A stretch of 63,635 bases of DNA, counting the filler, from Octopus bimaculoides (Eukaryota), in the NCBI RefSeq assembly GCF_001194135.2. It is 5 parts of 5 records of this genome, joined end to end, with 100 filler letters (N's around TTAATTAATTAA, not from the genome) between each part and the next. Parts side by side here need not be neighbours in the genome. Positions count along the whole stretch, not along the records: positions 33,613 to 59,660 come from NC_068981.1; 4 more parts are not named here. The stretch is one strand, 5' to 3'. Positions 40,611 through 52,963 of this stretch are shown in pieces. Both the position numbers and the translations under genes were made by a program. The first letter of the stretch is position 1. Every line of letters starts with the position of its first letter. A model generated the notes under the pieces. The model was not told the DNA's origin, searched no databases, and worked only from the letters and a program-made list of their open reading frames with translations.

Positions 40611-41865
40611 AAGGCTCGGTAGGTAGTTGCAGATCTGAAGAAGTAGTGTTTATGGGTGCAGAGAAATGTTTGGTTCTGAAGTTTGATGTTTTAAGCGGCA
40701 GCAGCCGAAGAAGAAGAAGAAGAAGAAGAAGAAGAAGAAGAAGAAGAAGAAGAAGAAGAAGAAGAAGAAGAAGAAGAAGAAGAAGAAGAAGAAGAAGAAG
40801 AAGAAGAAGAAGAAGAAGGATGTGGTGTATCCTAGTAGTAAATCTGTCCGTGAAATCTTCTTTCATAGTGAAGTGACCTAAGAGTGACCCTTTGGGGTTG
40901 CAGCAGTAGTTGTAGGAACAGTTTGAAATAAATTCATGGGTAACGACTATTCTTAATATATCTATCGTTTTTAATATTTGCGTGAGTATTATTCTAAGAT
41001 CCTTTTAGTAGTGTCGTCTGTGGTGGAAGAATTCAAAAGAGGTTAATATTTTGTGATGAAATATGATTCTTTGCTAATACACCCTGAATTTATAGAGGGA
41101 AAAAATTCTAAAATTGGGTTGTTCATTAGTGACGCAAATCTCGATGTGTTCACTTAATGCTATTTTTCTGTATTCCCGTATTTTAAACAGGGATGTATGT
41201 CCTGTCATTCTCTGTCCTAGACTGGTTTTGGTTTGACCAATGTATTTCTCTCGACACCCTGAGCAATTTAACATATAAATTAGGTTTTCGAAGCACTTGT
41301 GAAGTTGTCTTTCAATTTAAAACGTTGACCCTGTGTGAAGGAGAACTCCGATCACTCAATTAGGTTGACGCATATACCACATACGGTTTCGATGTTGTTG
41401 AAGTGTGTCCTTGGTCTTGTGTTAGAAAACTTTTTCTGGAGGTTGGTGTCAAAGTCCTCATTGTTTAGGTGGATGTGCGTGTATATGTATCGTAGGGCTA
41501 TTGGTCGTAATGCATTCTTTACTTTAGGATATCTGAGTTCGTGACTGCTGAGATGTAGTGGACGCTGAAAACTTATATCAGTTAATGATGGTAGGTAATT
41601 CCTGCTGATGAGTGTATCGTTTAGCTCATATAGTTGTGTGTCCTTGGTGCTTGTATCAGATACTCCTTTTATTTCTTCTTCCTCTTGTTTTCTATTTTCT
41701 TCTTCCCTTTTTTCTTCTTCTTCTTTTTCTTCTTCTTCCTTTTCTCCTTTTTGAGCGTCTCCATCCTTAGCTGCTGCTGCTTAAACCATCAAACTTCAGA
41801 ATCAAACGTTTCTCTGTACGCATAAACGCTATTTCTTTAGATCTGCTTCTACCTACATAGCCTTC
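40611..41865 (-). mobile_element. Neptune-type PLE remnant bracketed by ~95-bp inverted repeats
   Basis: VCGICVNL...KPNL...LNCSGCREKYIGQTKTSLGQRMTGH...LSEHIEIC...PNFRIF. 40611-40705 is the reverse complement of ~41765-41865. Confidence 0.85.
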
Positions 41866-42874
41866 ACAAACGAACATAGAGAGAGACAGAAAAAGGAAAA
41901 TGTCCTACATATTTGAAGACTATGAAAATATTTACAAACCATTTCATTTAATTGTTTCTTCATTTTAATTGTTTTCCTTATTTGACTCTTAGTCAAAAAA
42001 GTCGTAAAGACTGGAACCGGTACTAACCTTTACAAAATGTATTTCATGGTAAAATTATTTTAGCATTTTTACTTTGTCTTATTTTCCTTATATATAGTAC
42101 ATAGATGTGTATGTGTATGCATCGAATTTTTTTTTTTTCTTAGTGTATATCATTTTCTCTTTTGTCATCTCATTTTCTTTATATACATACATTAATTCGG
42201 AATAAATTATTCTTACAATTTTTTCAGTAATATGCATGCTCTGCATTATACCATACAATTACATACTCAAAATGAATTTAAAACTAGCTCATCAGATCAG
42301 AAGGATATTGTTGTTACACCAACGATTGTATTGGTGAGATAATGTATTTACTTTTCTATGTTATCTATGAAAGATGAGAGGAAGAGGCACTGAAATATTG
42401 ATGAGAAATATTTTTTCACAACTACTGTAATGAAATGCAGTTGATTTCCTCATATATAAATATCTACCCTCACGCGCGCGGGCACGTTTGCTTGCTTCCT
42501 AATATTTAGAATTATTTCACTCCTTATGATACATGTCCTTTTGCATAAAATTATTTTGTTACATGCTTTTCTTGAAAAGATTGTCAAAATTATGCTAACA
42601 ACTAATAGGAGGCATAATTTGTATCCACTTAAGTTCGTAGATATAATATGGAGTCGAAATCGGTCACGTCTTCTTTTTGCATCCAACAAAGCCTAAAAAA
42701 ATAACACTTATGAAACTTCCACTGCTTTTTTTTCTTTTTTTGTAATTTCTTTTCCAATAATCTACCTCCTACTATTAGGTGTATTATCATGGATATTATT
42801 ATACATGTAAGTATGTATGTATGCATACACACACACGCAGACACACAAACGTACATCCTTTTATTATTTTACAA

Positions 42875-43480
42875 GTTTCTGTCATGTTGAATGTGGCCAT
42901 GCTCCAGAACGGCCTTTAATCGAAGAAATCGACAACAGGATTTATTCTTTGTAAGCCTGGTACTTATTCTCTCGGTATCTTTTGCCGAACTGCTATGTTG
43001 TGGAGACGTAAACACACCAACATCGGTTGTCAACCGATGGTGGAGGGACCAAATACAGACACAAACACACGAACATATACACACGTTGACACACTGACAC
43101 ACAAACACACACAAACACACGCACAAACACACACACACACACACAAACACACAGACAGACATATATATATATAGATAATCAAAATAAGCAACAGGATATA
43201 AAGCGGCTCCATTTAATTTGACAATGAAGTTATTATATCAATTCAATGCAGTGCATCTTCAGCTTCACAAATAATTAAATAGAGTTTTAACAAGTACAAC
43301 ACATTAATATAATTTTCCTCAAATATTTTAACTGAGCAAGAATATATTTCCATCCACTCACAAGGCTTTGATCGCTTCAAGGCTAAAGTAGAAAACAGTT
43401 TCCCAAGATGCCACACAATGTGACAGAACGCCGAGCCATACGGTTGGGAAGCAAGCTCATTACTACACAACCACGCCTGC
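42875..43480 (-). mobile_element. SINE with tRNA-like head (43320-43480), internal (CA)n and 3' half (42875-43070)
   Basis: Head matches 53540-53720 and 62420-62590; 3' half matches 4670-5245. Confidence 0.75.
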
Positions 43481-45874
43481 GCCTATATAATATTATTTAT
43501 ATATATTTATACAGTTGTCGCTACTTATAATATCAGTGCTGTATTCTCTATAGATATAGATTGTAGCTCATAAATAACACAACCATTGACATATGTCTAG
43601 CTTTCATGTAGTGACATATAGAACCAGGAGCATTGTACAACTGGCAAATCTGAGAAAGCAAATTCTATGAGAAATGACATATATTCAAGTGTTAGGTAGT
43701 AGGACATTTTCAATTACAAACTGATTGTATACACAAAATTCTCATGCATAATCTCCAAAGTTTCACAGTCTATTATATTTATCATATCTTAGTCAATACA
43801 CAATATATAGACGCCTAGTTTCCAACAGATCAAGTTCAATAACCGGAATAGAAAAAAATGTGTAACAACTCTTATGACAAGAATACAGCTCACTTCTTTC
43901 TACGGCTGTACGGTATCATCTACTTAGTATCATCATACAGTGATTTACTTAGAGAACATTAATATCTCTCACTAAATCCCACACTGCACGTTTCGGAATC
44001 ACCTAAAACCAGTGATGTACCTGAAATACATTTTCCCGTTCCAAAACAATGATACTTGTGATTAGAAGTCTCATTAAATAAGAAGCGCATCAACAAAATG
44101 ACAAGATACTGATAAATATGACCATGAATTTCACCCTGAAATACAGCATGAAAGCATTTCATAAAAGTACTTCACATACACTCAAGCACATTTTTTTTCT
44201 CATGCACATTTCACGTTGAATGACACCTGTTACACTAGAAATGTTCTGAAAATATAGACATACTTTTGTATAAGTAAAAATCGAAATTTTATTTTATTTA
44301 TAAGCCCGTATAACATGAAGGCTGTTTTAGGCTCTACGAACAGTCATTCATTTATTTATTCATTTGCCATACCTGCATACGGATTTCAATGTAGCCATCA
44401 TCACTGATGCACAATTCCGTAAAATCCATTAAATTGTTTTTGTTTTAGATATTGTTGAGAAGAGCATATATATTTTAGTATCTAACTAACATCGGTATAT
44501 CTAGACAGAAAGACACTTTCAGACGTTAGTGATTATGAAATATATATTTCATGATATATCAAGCAATAAAAGTCTAAGTTTGCGTGCAAACTAACGGTTT
44601 GTTCCATGACCTAGAATTTAGTGAATACTAGATGTAGACTAAAAGGAATAAAATACAACTGAAGGAGATTGTGCTTGCATTTTATGAAAGAATCATCCCC
44701 ATACACTAGAAAACCAGCACAGGATATATCGTGTCTTAGGCTTGCAAATTGATTGTTCCAAATCGAAAACCTGACTCAGTTTATTAGAAGCAAACTATAA
44801 AATAATACAATTTTGAAATAGTTCATTGACTTAAAACAGTCACAAAACAGAAGGTTAAGAACACTAGTACACAGTATATAAAAACATATAAATTCCTGCC
44901 TGAGGCGACGTATACTACTTTGTGCAACAGCGTAGAAGAGGTAGACTATTCTATAAAATGTCACTTTGGTTAACTTCATTTATATATGAGATAATCTTAA
45001 TCTTTTATTGCGTTTGTTTCAATATTCATGTTAAAACGACTTGATTTACGCCAAATCGCAATACTTTCATTTCAACACTCGTACACATTTGGTATCACTT
45101 CTTATTTATTTTTGTTTGCTTTTTGTTTTCTGTATTAAAATCAATATGATGTGTGTTATAGTCTTCGATGCAAGTCTCTTCGTTATCGTACGACGTAATA
45201 AGCCCAAACAATTGTCTGATGCCAGAATTGAATATGTTCATGGCATTCTAACGCGCGCGCGCGCACAGGCACACACTCACACTCATACCCACACATAACA
45301 TGGGAGAAATTGCAAATCGTACACAACCCTACCGTTATTTGTCTGAAAATCTTATCTTTGGAGGTTCAAAGTGGTAATTATTTTCAATTAAATTTACATG
45401 ACGAAGGTTTACTCATGAGAGCATTACGTTATTATATATTGCATTTTGAAAGAAAGTGATGTTAACTATATGATTAAGCGTGGGATCTCATTAAAGACTC
45501 TAACTATATTTTCTCCAACGCCAACATCAGAGCTGAATTATATGTGATCTCACGGTTACAAACCATCCACTGTTACAAACCATCCAAACGTGGTGATCTC
45601 ACAGTTACAATCACCCAAATCTTGGCCCCACAGCTTTCACAAAACTGGAAATCACATCGTATAGCAACGTTGTGACACAGATGGTTAACCATTTTATACA
45701 TTTGATGACATATTTAAGTAAGCAAAGAAGGAAAAAAACACGATAACTTTCAAAAGATACTTGGAAAAATTCATCCTAAAACTGTAAAACAAGCCACAGA
45801 GAATTGGATATGTCGTTCTGAAAATTAACTCTCAAGTGGACAATAATAGCCCAAAGCTGTTTATTGAAGTTTAT

Positions 45875-45913
<39 letters not shown>

Positions 45914-46102
45914 CTCTTATAAGTGTGTGTGTGTGTGTATACATATATATNNNNNNNNNNNNNNNNNNNNNNNNNNNNNNNNNNNNNNNNNNNNNNNNNN
46001 NNNNNNNNNNNNNNNNNNNNNNNNNNNNNNNNNNNNNNNNNNNNNNNNNNNNNNNNNNNNNNNNNNNNNNNNNNNNNNNNNNNNNNNNNNNNNNTATATA
46101 TA

Positions 46103-46138
<36 letters not shown>

Positions 46139-46294
46139 TGTATGTATGTATGCATGGGTGTATACATATATATATATGTATATACATATATATAAATATA
46201 TGTGTGTGTGTGTGTGTGTGTATTTGTATATACATATAGATGGATATACATATCTACATATAGATATTTTATATGCATATATATCATATGTGTG

Positions 46295-46530
46295 AAGGCG
46301 TGTGGCTTAGTGGCTAGGTTGTTGCATTCTCGATCGATCGATTCCCCTGTAGGCGTGTTGTGTTTTTGAGCAAAACACTGCATTTCACGTTGCTCTAGTC
46401 TCTATTTCGAAGTAGTGGAAGGAACATTGGCCTGGTCCTCTAGCCAGTGGAATGGCGTGGCTGCAGTGCAAAGGGGACTGTGACCAGCGATGTGTAATAA
46501 CATTTCCGTGTCTGATTGATCACGTGATCA
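46295..46530 (+). mobile_element. tRNA-headed SINE; related copy at 55365-55630
   Basis: GGCGTGTGGCTTAGTGG (A-box-like)...CGATTCCC...TTGAGCAAAACACTGCATTTCACGTTGCTC. Confidence 0.65.
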
Positions 46531-48040
46531 TGTTATATATTATAGCTATATATGTATGCATGTCTATAGGTCGAGTCCAGGTAGGATTGCTTCTTTTGAC
46601 GTAATATTATAGGTATATACAATAAGTTCTCAGGTAGATTTACCACCTAAAGCCCCAACTTGATCTGCGACTAAAACAAATTGGTGATGTAGCTACATTG
46701 AAATGAATGGCTATAAGTTGTTTATAATCAAGCAGGTACATGTTCAGTCGCAAGAATGAATGCACACGCAAACTTTTCTATTGTAGGAACACTACAATTG
46801 CGTTTAGATACATGAATTCCAAGCTCTAAGCCAATAAAACGTGTTTGCCCGTTCAGTTTTTTTCTTTTATTGCGTGGTGATTATAATTCCCGTACATCAT
46901 TCTCTGTTTTGTAGATAGTGGAACGGCCTGTAGATATACAGGTTAGCTGCGATTGTTCAATATGATCAGAAAAAAAATCAGAAAAAAATCACGCGTTGCT
47001 CTTTGGAAAAGCATAACATCCGTCAGCCACACTTTCTGATATCCTAAACCTCTGTAAAGAGCAGAAATGCCATTCTCATTGGAAAGCAGTATGGCAGTAG
47101 GGAATGAAACGCAAGGCATAAAAATTACTTTGATGACACTAGATTTCTTCCCACTTCGAAGAACGCATTAGTTATAGGAATCTATATTTAAAACAACAGT
47201 CAGTTTTTCGGGCACTGCAATTTTCTATAGGACCTGTTAACATAGACGAGGGATTAGCTATTGAAAGGCATTCCATAGGTCGCATTAACTTCATAATCTA
47301 AGTACGTATCGCATGTCACACAGTCAAAGAAAGAGCACGTTCTGCTGTGGTGTTGGTGATGAACGGGCAGATGTGGCACATGATCTAGAACACGGGTAAG
47401 ATCGAAGATAAGTGAGAGTGCGGATAGGAGGGAACTACGGAGCAGTAGGACGCATAATTTTCGGGCGCATTTGAAGGAGGGAAGAGATGGCGGGGGAAAC
47501 AAGGAGGATACTAGGAATTGATGGGCGAAATCCGAAGGATTTTCTGACGAAGGAGTAGGGTAAAAATATTGGAATGGAAGGAAAAGGAGCTGCGATTGCG
47601 AGATTTGCCGGACACGGATAAGGGTGGCATGGGCAACGATAGAGAAAGATCCACAATTAGTGAAAAGATCAACGAAATATGGAGACTGAGTTTCAAAATT
47701 CTGGCCATGGATAAACAGACGTAGGACGCAGAGAAGCTAGAAGAAGAGGATGGCCCGTTTGGTCTGGGAGGTTGTGGGGAGGAAGATTCGTGGTAGAGAC
47801 GGGAGCCAGTAGGATTGGAGAAAGCGACACATAAACATATATTACGACCCGAGAGAAAGACAGAATTATAGTGTGAGAGAGAGAGAAAGACAGAGGGGAG
47901 AGAGAGGGAGGTAGAGAGAGAGAGATCTTCTCGGTCACATTTTTGGAACATGATTCTGCTGTTCGATCATCTGAACGACCATATTCAGTGATCTGGCGTG
48001 GATGTAGTTGAGCCTTCTAGTGACATGTATGTCTCAAATC

Positions 48041-48357
48041 TAACCAGCGTGACACATTGTAACAAAGCAGGAAATGTGAATCAGCCCACCTGTCTTCTTA
48101 ATAATCCATCCATACATCATGGCTCACCATTATACTATTGAAAATGACACACATTTAATTTACATCGATGTAACTTGGCATTAACTAGTCAATGGATACG
48201 AAACGAACATCTTAGGCATTGTTTCAAACTTGACATATATATGTACGTTGGTGTTTGTGTTTGCATGCATGATATATTATGTGTGTGTGTGTGTATGTGT
48301 GTGTGTGTCTGTGCGTGTGTGCTTGTTAGTGTCTGCATGCATGATATATTTTATATA

Positions 48358-48400
<43 letters not shown>

Positions 48401-48886
48401 NNNNNNNNNNNNNNNNNNNNNNNNNNNNNNNNNNNNNNNNNNNNNNNNNNNNNNNNNNNNNNNNNNNNNNNNNNNNNNNNNNNNNNNNNNNNNNNNNNNN
48501 NNNNNNNNNNNNNNNNNNNNNNNNNNNNNNNNNNNNNNNNNNNNNNNNNNNNNNNNNNNNNNNNNNNNNNNNNNNNNNNNNNNNNNNNNNNNNNNNNNNN
48601 NNNNNNNNNNNNNNNNNNNNNNNNNNNNNNNNNNNNNNNNNNNNNNNNNNNNNNNNNNNNNNNNNNNNNNNNNNNNNNNNNNNNNNNNNNNNNNNNNNNN
48701 NNNNNNNNNNNNNNNNNNNNNNNNNNNNNNNNNNNNNNNNNNNNNNNNNNNNNNNNNNNNNNNNNNNNNNNNNNNNNNNNNNNNNNNNNNNNNNNNNNNN
48801 NNNNNNNNNNNNNNNNNNNNNNNNNNNNNNNNNNNNNNNNNNNNNNNNNNNNNNNNNNNNNNNNNNNNNNNNNNNNNNNNNNNNNN

Positions 48887-48917
<31 letters not shown>

Positions 48918-49157
48918 TAATATATCATGCATGCAGACACAAACGCGCACACACACATATAAGTCTAGTTTGAAACAGTGCCTAAGATGTTCGTTTCGTA
49001 TGCATCAACTATTTAATGCCAATTTACATTGATGTGCGTCATTTTCTACAGTATAATGTTGAGCGATTACGTATGGATCGATTATTAAGAAAACAGGTGG
49101 GCTGATTATGCCTATGATTCAAATTTCCTGCCTTGTTACAATGTATCACGCTGGTTA
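48041..49157. repeat. Long foldback: ~240-bp inverted arms around a (TA)n tract and gap
   Basis: 48041-48280 vs 48918-49157. One 47-nt block compared by hand has 43/47 identity (ATACGAAACGAACATCTTAGGCA.TGTTTCAAACT). Confidence 0.9.
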
Positions 49158-50089
49158 ATATACATATATATTGATAATATATATATAATAAATATATACT
49201 TTAAATATATATATATATATTATAAATTTATGTGCGTGTGTGTTTGTTTGCGTGCAGTGCATCAGATTGTTTGTGTACGCGTGTATGTGCTTGTGTTTTT
49301 ATGTCGGTTTGTTTATGCGTTCCTGTGCGATTTTATTCATATTAAAATTAAAATATTTTATGAATATATATCAAAATAATGCACACCTATTTATTCTGCT
49401 CCAACGTTTTCTATCTCCAGTTATAAGTGTGTTTACGCAGGGTTTCCTTTGAAAATATCTCTCAATACAAATTAGTGCCAATTAAGTATACGCTTGGTAA
49501 TAAAATTTAAGTAGCGATTGACCAAGTAATTTCTGTTTTCACTTAAGTGGGAAGTTTAGCATGATGGAAATTATGTAAGTTTTATAACATTTAAACTTCT
49601 TACTAGAATCCATCATAAATTGTAACACATTTATAAGCAATTATAAGTTAATTTTCCAATTAATTTTAAAGATTTAATCGCAGCAGGACTTACACATATT
49701 TCGCTATAACTCTATTAATTAAATATAAACCTTACCCATGTTGTGAAATTACAAACAATAAAAATAGCACTAATTTACTGATATAATTAAATATAAAAAA
49801 TACAAGCCGTTGCTTTGAAATAGTAAACAATTTAACTTAAATGTATTTAAAAGCGCTCGATTAGTTTGATTATTGATTACATAAATGGTAAAATCGATCA
49901 TTAGTTTTAAAGAGATTATTATGTTCTTGTATAAAATGATAATTAAAATCACACATGAATAGGTAAGTTAAAACAGTTTCGTGATTGTAGATGTTTTCAA
50001 AAGGAGAATATATCATAAACACACGTGCGCGTACGCCCACAGACACACACACACATACACACACATACATACAGAAACATTGCATATAC

Positions 50090-50157
<68 letters not shown>

Positions 50158-50239
50158 GTATGTATCTATATAGGTAGGCCTATAAGTAATACACACACTA
50201 AGCATTGAAAACTTTAGCATTCGCAATAAGACTTCTATC

Positions 50240-51048
50240 AAGTTCTCTTACTCAGTAATGCCAAATTTGGCCTCCATTATTGCATCTATAAATAGAAGCA
50301 GGTTAAATGAGCAAGAGCACTGGAGATGTTCTTGTGATGGAAACCCCGGTTCTGGGCAGGGAAGTTCTCATACGCCTAAGGTTATGGATGGCTCTGTAAA
50401 TCATATAATTGTAGATACCCTGGGTTATTTCCCCTTGATGGGTTCCGTCAAATTACTAATGCAATCCATAAATGTGTTGTTAAGGATGAGGATAATTTAG
50501 ATAAGTTTTATATACGTAGTACAATAAATTTTAAGGTTAGGTATAGGGCCCACATGAGCACGTTTTCAAACGAAAAATACTTTAGCTCTACCACACTTGT
50601 ATCTTATATACACGATCTAAAGAGGAATAATAAGAGTTATTCTCATGAACGGTCCGTTATTTCGAGAGTCCCTTACTTCAGAGTAAATATAAATAAATGT
50701 AAGCTGTGTGTAAAAGAATCCCTTTCTATCCTTAAGTCTTTGGGGCTAAAAACTTTGAATAAATTGACCGAGGAGATCCCTTTATGCAACCATAGGTTTC
50801 GTTTACCTTTGTGAAAGTATATAGAAATAAAAGTAGATGTAATAAAATTGTTTAGCGTCACGGGGATTTGAAACCGGCGTGGTTAAATTTCTGTTAACTA
50901 CAGCCACCTGAGTGTTTAGCAATAGAATTTTTTTTTTTAGAAAATTTGGGCGGCCCGCTGAAGGGTTTTTCTTTTAAATTATATACCCATTTCATGAAGC
51001 GTATAAGCTTTTCATAAACATATTTTGATCTGCACGTGTGCCCTGTTT
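50240..51048 (+). mobile_element. Naiad-like PLE C-terminus and start of 3' repeat (probably continues at 52836-53100)
   Basis: SIKFSYSVMPNLASII...CSC...PLMG; after a frameshift NAIHKCVV...FYIRSTINFKVRYRAHMSTF...STTLVSYIHDLK...CKLCVKE...LNK..E...CNH. Confidence 0.85.
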
Positions 51049-52835
51049 GATTGCTTGAAGTTTTATTGTTGCCTTGTAATTGTTTTTGCTGCTTTGCAGC
51101 CGTTCAGTTGTTGTGCTTTCTCTATGTGACAGATGACCAGGTATTCCTCGGCTAACTGTATATATTCGGATATCAGCAAATACGAGTTGTCCTCATCAGA
51201 GGAGAAGCTCTTGAGAGCGGTGCAAAAAATGGAGAGGCATTTGGAAGGAAAGACATTCGGGGAAGCAACGGAAATTCGTATAATTTGAAAAGGTTCGAAA
51301 ACATGATGGCAGGGATTTTGGCATTGTTAAATTGTCACCGCCCGTAGAAATAATGGAGAAAATGATAGAGAAAATGATTGTTTACAAGGTGTACTCCATG
51401 AAAGACAAGAAGATTACATTGGAGAAAATTGAAGTAATTGAAAGAACACTGAGGCCAATTTGACGAAATATAACCTATCTCGCCAGAGGAAGCCGTTTCG
51501 GATCTGTAAATGTTCATTTTAGAAGTGCAGAGAAAGCAAGGGAACTCTCGGTGACACCAGTGAAGACGGAAAAAGCGGTCCACCTTCCAATGTACATAGG
51601 AAGAAGGACTTCCAGAGTCAAGGTTGAGGGAATTTCCTCGGAAATAGACCTGGATTGGGTGGCGGCAGCAATGCTTCTGAGAAGAGAAGAGGAAGTAACA
51701 GTCATCCAGGCCACAGAGACAGAGGCCACGAACTGGCAAGTTAAGACTTTTGGTGTCATGATTCAGAGCACCACAGAATATTTACAAAACATGGTAGAGA
51801 CCATAACTGTAGGTTAAGCAGTATTGAGAGTTTGGGTGGAGGGTAGAATTCCTTGCTGCTTCAAACGTGGCCAAAAGCGCCACATCAAAGCAAATTGCCC
51901 TGAGGAAAAGAAAGAAAGCCGGGGGGGGAAGTTGAAAAGAAACCGGAGAAGATGGAAGAAACAGCAGAGGAGGAAGAAAATGGAAGGTGGTGAAGCAGAG
52001 AAATTGGAAAAAAAGGAGGTCAAGATGAACAGGGACCCCCAACTCACACCCATCCCACCCATACCCTCTCAGCCCAACACACACCAATTCCCTTCCGACA
52101 AAAACAATCAACAGAAAAAATAAGTGCAGACTCAGAGAAAAAGGAAGAATCATGGACAGTGGCGGAAGGAAGAAGGAAAAAAGAGGAAGAATGGACAGTG
52201 TGATGTGGAACCCCAATCCATCCCCACCCCACCCGTTACCTCTCATACCCACCCTCTCCACACGGACACCAAACCCACCCATTGCATTCCTTCACAATGT
52301 ATAAAATAAGAGAGAAACAGACACAACAAGATACACGAGATCCTACCTCCCGTGAAAATAGCTATGTGTGTATTTTAACAGAGGATATAGACGAGGAACA
52401 AATAAATGAAGTAATAAGGTGGAAGACAGCAAAATTTGTGGATGTGGAGGAATATACTAATGTCGTGGGTTGGCACATGTGTGTGCCGGTGTGTCAGAGC
52501 CAGAAGGAAGTAATTGCAAAATATAAAAAAAAAACGGTTATAAGTATTGGAAGACTAATGCGAACCTGAAATGGATACCGGTAAAAGTAGGATATGAGGA
52601 ACTGAGAGAAAAATTCGGATTGGACTTTTTGAAGGACTTGGGATTCAGAAGAAAGTAAGTGTTGCTGCATGAGGTAGGGCAGGCAGCTCATTTTCATGTT
52701 TCATTTTCAGGTATCATTCACGTTACCATATCTTTAATGTTATTTTTCATTTTATTTTTTCATGTTATGAGTCCCGACATGTGTTTTTGTTGTCCCCTCT
52801 CTGTCGGCCCCTTGTGGATGATTAAAAATTATTTG
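51049..52835 (+). mobile_element. L1/Tx1-type ORF1-only (HAL1-like) retroelement, decayed
   Basis: One frame over ~51290-52120 with few stops: RGSRFGSVNVHFRSAEKARE...RTSRVKVEGI...LRVWVEGRIPCCFKRGQKRHIKANCP (degenerate CCHC knuckle). Followed by a coding-like tail to ~52650 and a T-rich 3' region. No APE or RT sequence. Confidence 0.7.
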
Positions 52836-52874
52836 CATTAAAATGTTTTGATCTGTGCGTGCGTCCAGTTTCCT

Positions 52875-52963
52875 GTTTATCCTGATGAGGGGATCATCAC
52901 CGTGATGCACTTCAGTGTAAATGAACTGCGGTGGAGAGCTCCCGAAATGGCCATAGAGTGTAA
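52875..52963 (+). ncRNA. Type I hammerhead ribozyme candidate with extended stem II
   Basis: CTGATGA 52882-52888; stem II GGGG/TCCC closing a ~46-nt insert with TCACCG/CGGTGG pairing; GAAA 52944-52947; palindromic stem III ATGGCCAT; ATA site; bulged stem I GTTTATC/GA(GTG)TAAAT. Confidence 0.65.

Noticed and set aside
43959-45300. Several possible small exons on both strands
   Set aside because: Mutually incompatible strands and phases, weak splice sites and no homology.
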